A DNA stretch of 64,000 nt, taken from contig CBDIID010000003.1 of assembly GCA_965279515.1 (NCBI GenBank), positions 288,001-352,000 on the forward strand, given 5' to 3'. This document shows, in pieces, positions 60,099 through 64,000 of the stretch. Position 1 is the first letter of the stretch. Each line of letters opens with the position of its first letter. The stretch is from Turneriella sp. (lineage in GTDB: Bacteria > Spirochaetota > Leptospiria > Turneriellales > Turneriellaceae). The notes below the pieces were generated by a model. The model was not told where the DNA came from and ran no database searches. It saw only the letters and a list, made by a program, of their open reading frames with translations. The translations under genes were made by a program, and so were the position numbers.

Positions 60099-61439
60099 TT
60101 GGCAACGCCCCGCCCTTTACCTGCTGATTTTCTCTGGGGTGCGGCGACATCTGCCTACCAGATCGAAGGTGCACACAACGCCGACGGCAAGAGCGATTCG
60201 ATCTGGGACACTTTTACCAGGCGCCGCGGCAAAATCAGAAACCGCGAAACCGGCAATATCGCCTGCGATCATTACAACCGCATGCCTGACGACGTCGCGC
60301 TGATGAAAAAGCTCGGCCTCCAGGCATACCGTTTTTCCCTGTCCTGGCCGCGCATTTTCCCGCACGACTCTGGCGCCATAAATTCCAGGGGCATGGATTT
60401 TTATGACCGGCTCGTGGATCACCTTTTGGAAGCGGGCATCCGGCCCTTTATCACCCTCTATCACTGGGACCTGCCCCAGTATCTCGAAGATAAGGGCGGA
60501 TGGACAAACCGCGAGACGGTCAGCCGCTTTGCAGATTATACCTCGGCGTGCGCGCGGGCATTGGGCGACAGGGTTAAAGATTTTATCGTTTTCAACGAGC
60601 CCATGATCTTCCTGAGCCTCGGTTATTTGCTGGGCATCCATGCGCCCGGTCGCCGGGGTTTTAAGAATTTTTTCTCCTCGAGCCACCACGTTCTGTTGGC
60701 GCAGGCTGAGGGAGCAGCAGCCCTGCGCGGCGCTGTGCGCGATGCGCAGATCGGCACAACAATTTCGGCCACCGCTGTTTATCCGGCGACGGCTTCGCCA
60801 CTCGATGCACGCGCGGCAGAACGTTTTGATACGTTTTACAACACCTTTTATCTCGAGCCGGTGCTCACAGGTAAATACCCGACCGAGCACTTTCCGGTGC
60901 TGAAGAAATTCGAGCGCTATATCCGCCCCGGGGATATGGAGAAAATCCGCTACGATTTTGACTTTTGGGGGCTCAATACCTATACACGGAAGCAGGTACG
61001 GTACAGCAGGTTCATCCCCTATATCCGCTGGCGTGAACTGAAAAACCCGCCGGGTTCAAAAGAAACCGCCATGCGCTGGGAGATTTACCCCGAGGGAATC
61101 TATGATCTGCTGAAAAAATATGCCGGTTACGAAGGGATAAAAAAACTCTATATCACCGAAAACGGCGCCGCCTTCCATGACCAGCTGGTGGCTGGCCGTG
61201 TTGTCGATCCGTACCGCATCGACTATTTGCGCGACTACACGGCACAGGTTATCCGGGCCCGCGCCGAAGGCGTTCCCGTTGCCGGCTATTTTGCCTGGTC
61301 ATTGTTCGATAATTTCGAATGGGCCGAGGGCTACCATGCGCGGTTTGGTCTTATCTATGTCGACTATCTCACACAACGCCGCTATATCAAAGACAGCGGC
61401 TATTGGTACCGCGACCAGATAAAGCAGCAGCTCTCTTAA
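60099..61439 (+). CDS. GH1 beta-glucosidase
   Basis: FLWGAATSAYQIEG, YRFSLSWPRI, TLYHWDLP, NEP, ITENG, WSLFDNFEW. Confidence 0.95.
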   Translation: MATPRPLPADFLWGAATSAYQIEGAHNADGKSDSIWDTFTRRRGKIRNRETGNIACDHYNRMPDDVALMKKLGLQAYRFSLSWPRIFPHDSGAINSRGMDFYDRLVDHLLEAGIRPFITLYHWDLPQYLEDKGGWTNRETVSRFADYTSACARALGDRVKDFIVFNEPMIFLSLGYLLGIHAPGRRGFKNFFSSSHHVLLAQAEGAAALRGAVRDAQIGTTISATAVYPATASPLDARAAERFDTFYNTFYLEPVLTGKYPTEHFPVLKKFERYIRPGDMEKIRYDFDFWGLNTYTRKQVRYSRFIPYIRWRELKNPPGSKETAMRWEIYPEGIYDLLKKYAGYEGIKKLYITENGAAFHDQLVAGRVVDPYRIDYLRDYTAQVIRARAEGVPVAGYFAWSLFDNFEWAEGYHARFGLIYVDYLTQRRYIKDSGYWYRDQIKQQLS

Positions 61440-61478
61440 TTTACTTGATGGAATACCTGCACAATTTTCAGATTCCGA

Positions 61479-61931
61479 ATGAATAGAAAATTGACCAAAT
61501 TCCTGGCTGCTTTGGTTGTCGCCGCGCTGGCTCTTTCCTGCCGGTCCATCGAAGTAAACAAAGTCGATAAAGCCAAGTACGACATCAAAGATATCTGCAT
61601 TGTTATGAACCCGGCGGTGATTGTAGAGGACTTCTTGCCTGCTTTACAGGCTTTGCTCGAGCAGCGCGGCATTGCCTCAAAGGTAATACCCAAAGAGGAT
61701 GCGAGTTGTAGTTATAAACTCGTCTATACGGCGAACCAGTCCTGGGACATGGCGATTTACCTTAAATTTGCATCCATGATCCTCTACAAAGGCGCTGAGG
61801 TTGTCGGGCGTGCGACGTATGACAGCGGAGAAGGCTTAAATAAATTCGGCTCCGTTTACGAAAAATTGAAAATCGTCACCGACCAGCTTTTAGCCGATTT
61901 CAGCGAACGCTCGTCACTTAGCGGCAAATAG
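61479..61931 (+). CDS. Sbal_3080-like lipoprotein
   Basis: Lipobox ALSC; ICIVMNP, LVYTANQSWD...YL, KF motifs. Confidence 0.7.
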   Translation: MNRKLTKFLAALVVAALALSCRSIEVNKVDKAKYDIKDICIVMNPAVIVEDFLPALQALLEQRGIASKVIPKEDASCSYKLVYTANQSWDMAIYLKFASMILYKGAEVVGRATYDSGEGLNKFGSVYEKLKIVTDQLLADFSERSSLSGK

Positions 61932-62825
61932 CTGCCTGAGGCTCTGTGTGAGCGCTTCGGCGCTCTGTGAGATGCGTTGCTGCGTTTCGCGCACTCGTTC
62001 CATCACGGGCAGGTTCTGTACCCGCTGCGACCAGTCGTTATATTGCGCCTCGAGCTTAATCAGGCGATCTTCAAATTCATCCATCGCTTTCTTTACAGGC
62101 TCTTTACTCTCGTCTTTAAAATTGCCGAACTCATATTCGATGATATCTTCTTTGACCTTGCCTTTGGTCAGCAGGTGCATCTCCACCTGAAAATATTTCT
62201 GGATGAGCGAAAAGCGGCCTTCTTTGGCAAGACGCCGCACGCTGACCTTGAGCGACGTGGACTTCAGCACGTGGAGCGGCCGGTGTTTCGCCGCCCGATC
62301 AACGAGGTCGTGGTCTTCAGCCAGCCGCAGCGATTCATCGAAACCGCCGACGCGGTCGAACAGGCGTTTTGTGATAAATATACAAAACCCGGCTGCGCGA
62401 GGGTTGGTGTTGGCATTCATGCGCACGGTGAGATTGGCAAACGCGAACAAAATTTTGTCGAGCCTGAGGTCAGATAAGGGGTAAAATGCACAGGTTGCGA
62501 GATCGATAAAGGTCTCGTCCATTTCTTTGACGGCCTTCGCGAGAAAGTCTTCGGGCAGGACGACATCCGCATCGAAAAAGAACAGGTACTCACCCTCGGC
62601 TACTGCTGCGCCCCGGTTACGCCCCACCCCCGGCATGCCACCCTGAACCACACGTGCGCCATGGCTTTCAGCAATTTCGCGCGTTTTATCTTTTGAACCC
62701 GCGTCGCCGACAATGATTTCAAAATCACGGAATGTCTGCGCTTTGAGTGAATTCAAAAGTTCCGGTAAATCGCGTTCTTCGTTCAATGTCGGGATTACAA
62801 TGCTGACTTTTTTCCGGGCTGACAT
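61914..62825 (-). CDS. GT2-family glycosyltransferase
   Basis: [36 protein letters not shown]. Confidence 0.9.
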   Translation of the reverse strand: MSARKKVSIVIPTLNEERDLPELLNSLKAQTFRDFEIIVGDAGSKDKTREIAESHGARVVQGGMPGVGRNRGAAVAEGEYLFFFDADVVLPEDFLAKAVKEMDETFIDLATCAFYPLSDLRLDKILFAFANLTVRMNANTNPRAAGFCIFITKRLFDRVGGFDESLRLAEDHDLVDRAAKHRPLHVLKSTSLKVSVRRLAKEGRFSLIQKYFQVEMHLLTKGKVKEDIIEYEFGNFKDESKEPVKKAMDEFEDRLIKLEAQYNDWSQRVQNLPVMERVRETQQRISQSAEALTQSLRQLFAAK

Positions 62826-62907
62826 CCGGCAGGGAAAGATGCCGCACACTTTTCGTCCACCAGAAATTCAGGGTTTACGGTGGATTCGTACCCCACGGGC
62901 TAAGCCA

Positions 62908-64000
62908 ATGCAATTCAGAACAGAAACGGATACCATGGGCGAGGTCAGCGTGCCGGCAGATGTCTACTGGGGCGCCCAGACAGAGCGTTCGCGCAATAAT
63001 TTCCGGATCGGCGATGCCGGCAGTATGCCTCTTGAAATCATCCGGGCGTTTGCATACCTCAAAAAAGCCGCCGCCGAGGCCAATCACGATCTCGGTATTC
63101 TCGCGCGTGCAAAATACGATCTCATCGCCCAGGTCTGCGACGAAATTCTTTCGGGAAACCTCGCTGATCAGTTTCCGCTGGTGATTTGGCAAACGGGTTC
63201 GGGCACGCAGACGAACATGAATGTCAACGAAGTCATAGCCAACCGCGCCCATGTTTTAAGCGGCGGTTTGTTGACCGACGCTCAAAAGATTCTTCATCCG
63301 AACGACGATGTCAATAAATCGCAATCGTCGAATGATACTTTTCCGACAGCAATGCATATTGGCGCCTACGAGGTCGTCGCAGAGAACACGCTGCCAAAGA
63401 TGCGCCTCCTGGCAGATACATTGTCCGCCAAATCTGCCGATTTTAAGGATATTGTTAAGACGGGCCGCACGCACTTCATGGATGCAACGCCGCTGACGCT
63501 GGGGCAGGAATTTTCAGGCTATGTACAGCAGATTCGTAACGGAGTTCGCGCCCTCGAAAACGCGCTTCAGGGTATCGCCGAACTGGCCTTGGGAGGTACC
63601 GCGGTAGGTACCGGGCTCAACGCCCCCAAAGGCTATGATGTACTCGTGGCGCAGAAGATCGCCAAACTCACGGGCCATCCTTTTGTCACAGCGCCGAACA
63701 AATTTGAAGCGCTCGCGGCGCAAGATGCCATGGTCGAGCTCTCAGGCGCGCTCAAGCGCTGCGCGGTTTCGCTCATGAAGATTGCCAATGATATCCGTAT
63801 GCTGAGTTCCGGCCCCAGAAGCGGCATCGGCGAAATTCTGATTCCCGATAACGAACCCGGTTCATCGATCATGCCGGGCAAGGTGAACCCGACACAATGC
63901 GAAGCGCTGACGATGGTGTGCGCCCAGGTCATCGGCAACGATGTCACGGTTTCGCTCGCCGGGCTCAGCGGTCACTTCGAACTCAATGTCTTCAAACCCG
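62908..64000 (+). CDS. fumC: class II fumarate hydratase (3'-truncated by window edge; absent from ORF track)
   Basis: [57 protein letters not shown]. Confidence 0.96.
   Translation, partial: MQFRTETDTMGEVSVPADVYWGAQTERSRNNFRIGDAGSMPLEIIRAFAYLKKAAAEANHDLGILARAKYDLIAQVCDEILSGNLADQFPLVIWQTGSGTQTNMNVNEVIANRAHVLSGGLLTDAQKILHPNDDVNKSQSSNDTFPTAMHIGAYEVVAENTLPKMRLLADTLSAKSADFKDIVKTGRTHFMDATPLTLGQEFSGYVQQIRNGVRALENALQGIAELALGGTAVGTGLNAPKGYDVLVAQKIAKLTGHPFVTAPNKFEALAAQDAMVELSGALKRCAVSLMKIANDIRMLSSGPRSGIGEILIPDNEPGSSIMPGKVNPTQCEALTMVCAQVIGNDVTVSLAGLSGHFELNVFKP

Overview
Bacterial chromosomal window, most likely from a spirochaete of the Leptospiraceae (Turneriella-like). This is inferred from an OmpL1-like porin, a membrane-bound AraC regulator and the gene content, and was not checked against a database. 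Most of the window is housekeeping: folP-cdaA-cdaR-pdxJ-ubiD, tatC, a linked rRNA operon on the minus strand, CIRCE-hrcA-grpE-dnaK-dnaJ, pgi, gyrA, ispH and a truncated fumC. The main discovery is a ~6.4 kb integrase-less element at 10007-16430, flanked by two dif/Xer-like sites that share a GGTATC spacer. It encodes an HUH rolling-circle Rep, a hairpin-rich origin, an M15-type peptidoglycan peptidase with a membrane anchor, several small membrane proteins and a 233-aa beta-rich candidate capsid protein. It has no Zot/packaging ATPase and no Microviridae-sized capsid gene, so it is a candidate for an undescribed small ssDNA, possibly internal-membrane, prophage of spirochaetes. Other notable signals: (1) a four-promoter regulon with a 21-bp-period operator next to the AraC gene, including a candidate sRNA; (2) a ~195-nt structured insertion in 23S helix 79; (3) a degenerate tRNA-Ile copy in the ITS; (4) slippery sequences at the AAA/VWA junction of a midasin-like gene; (5) a REP-like repeat that encodes the membrane anchor of a GDPD.
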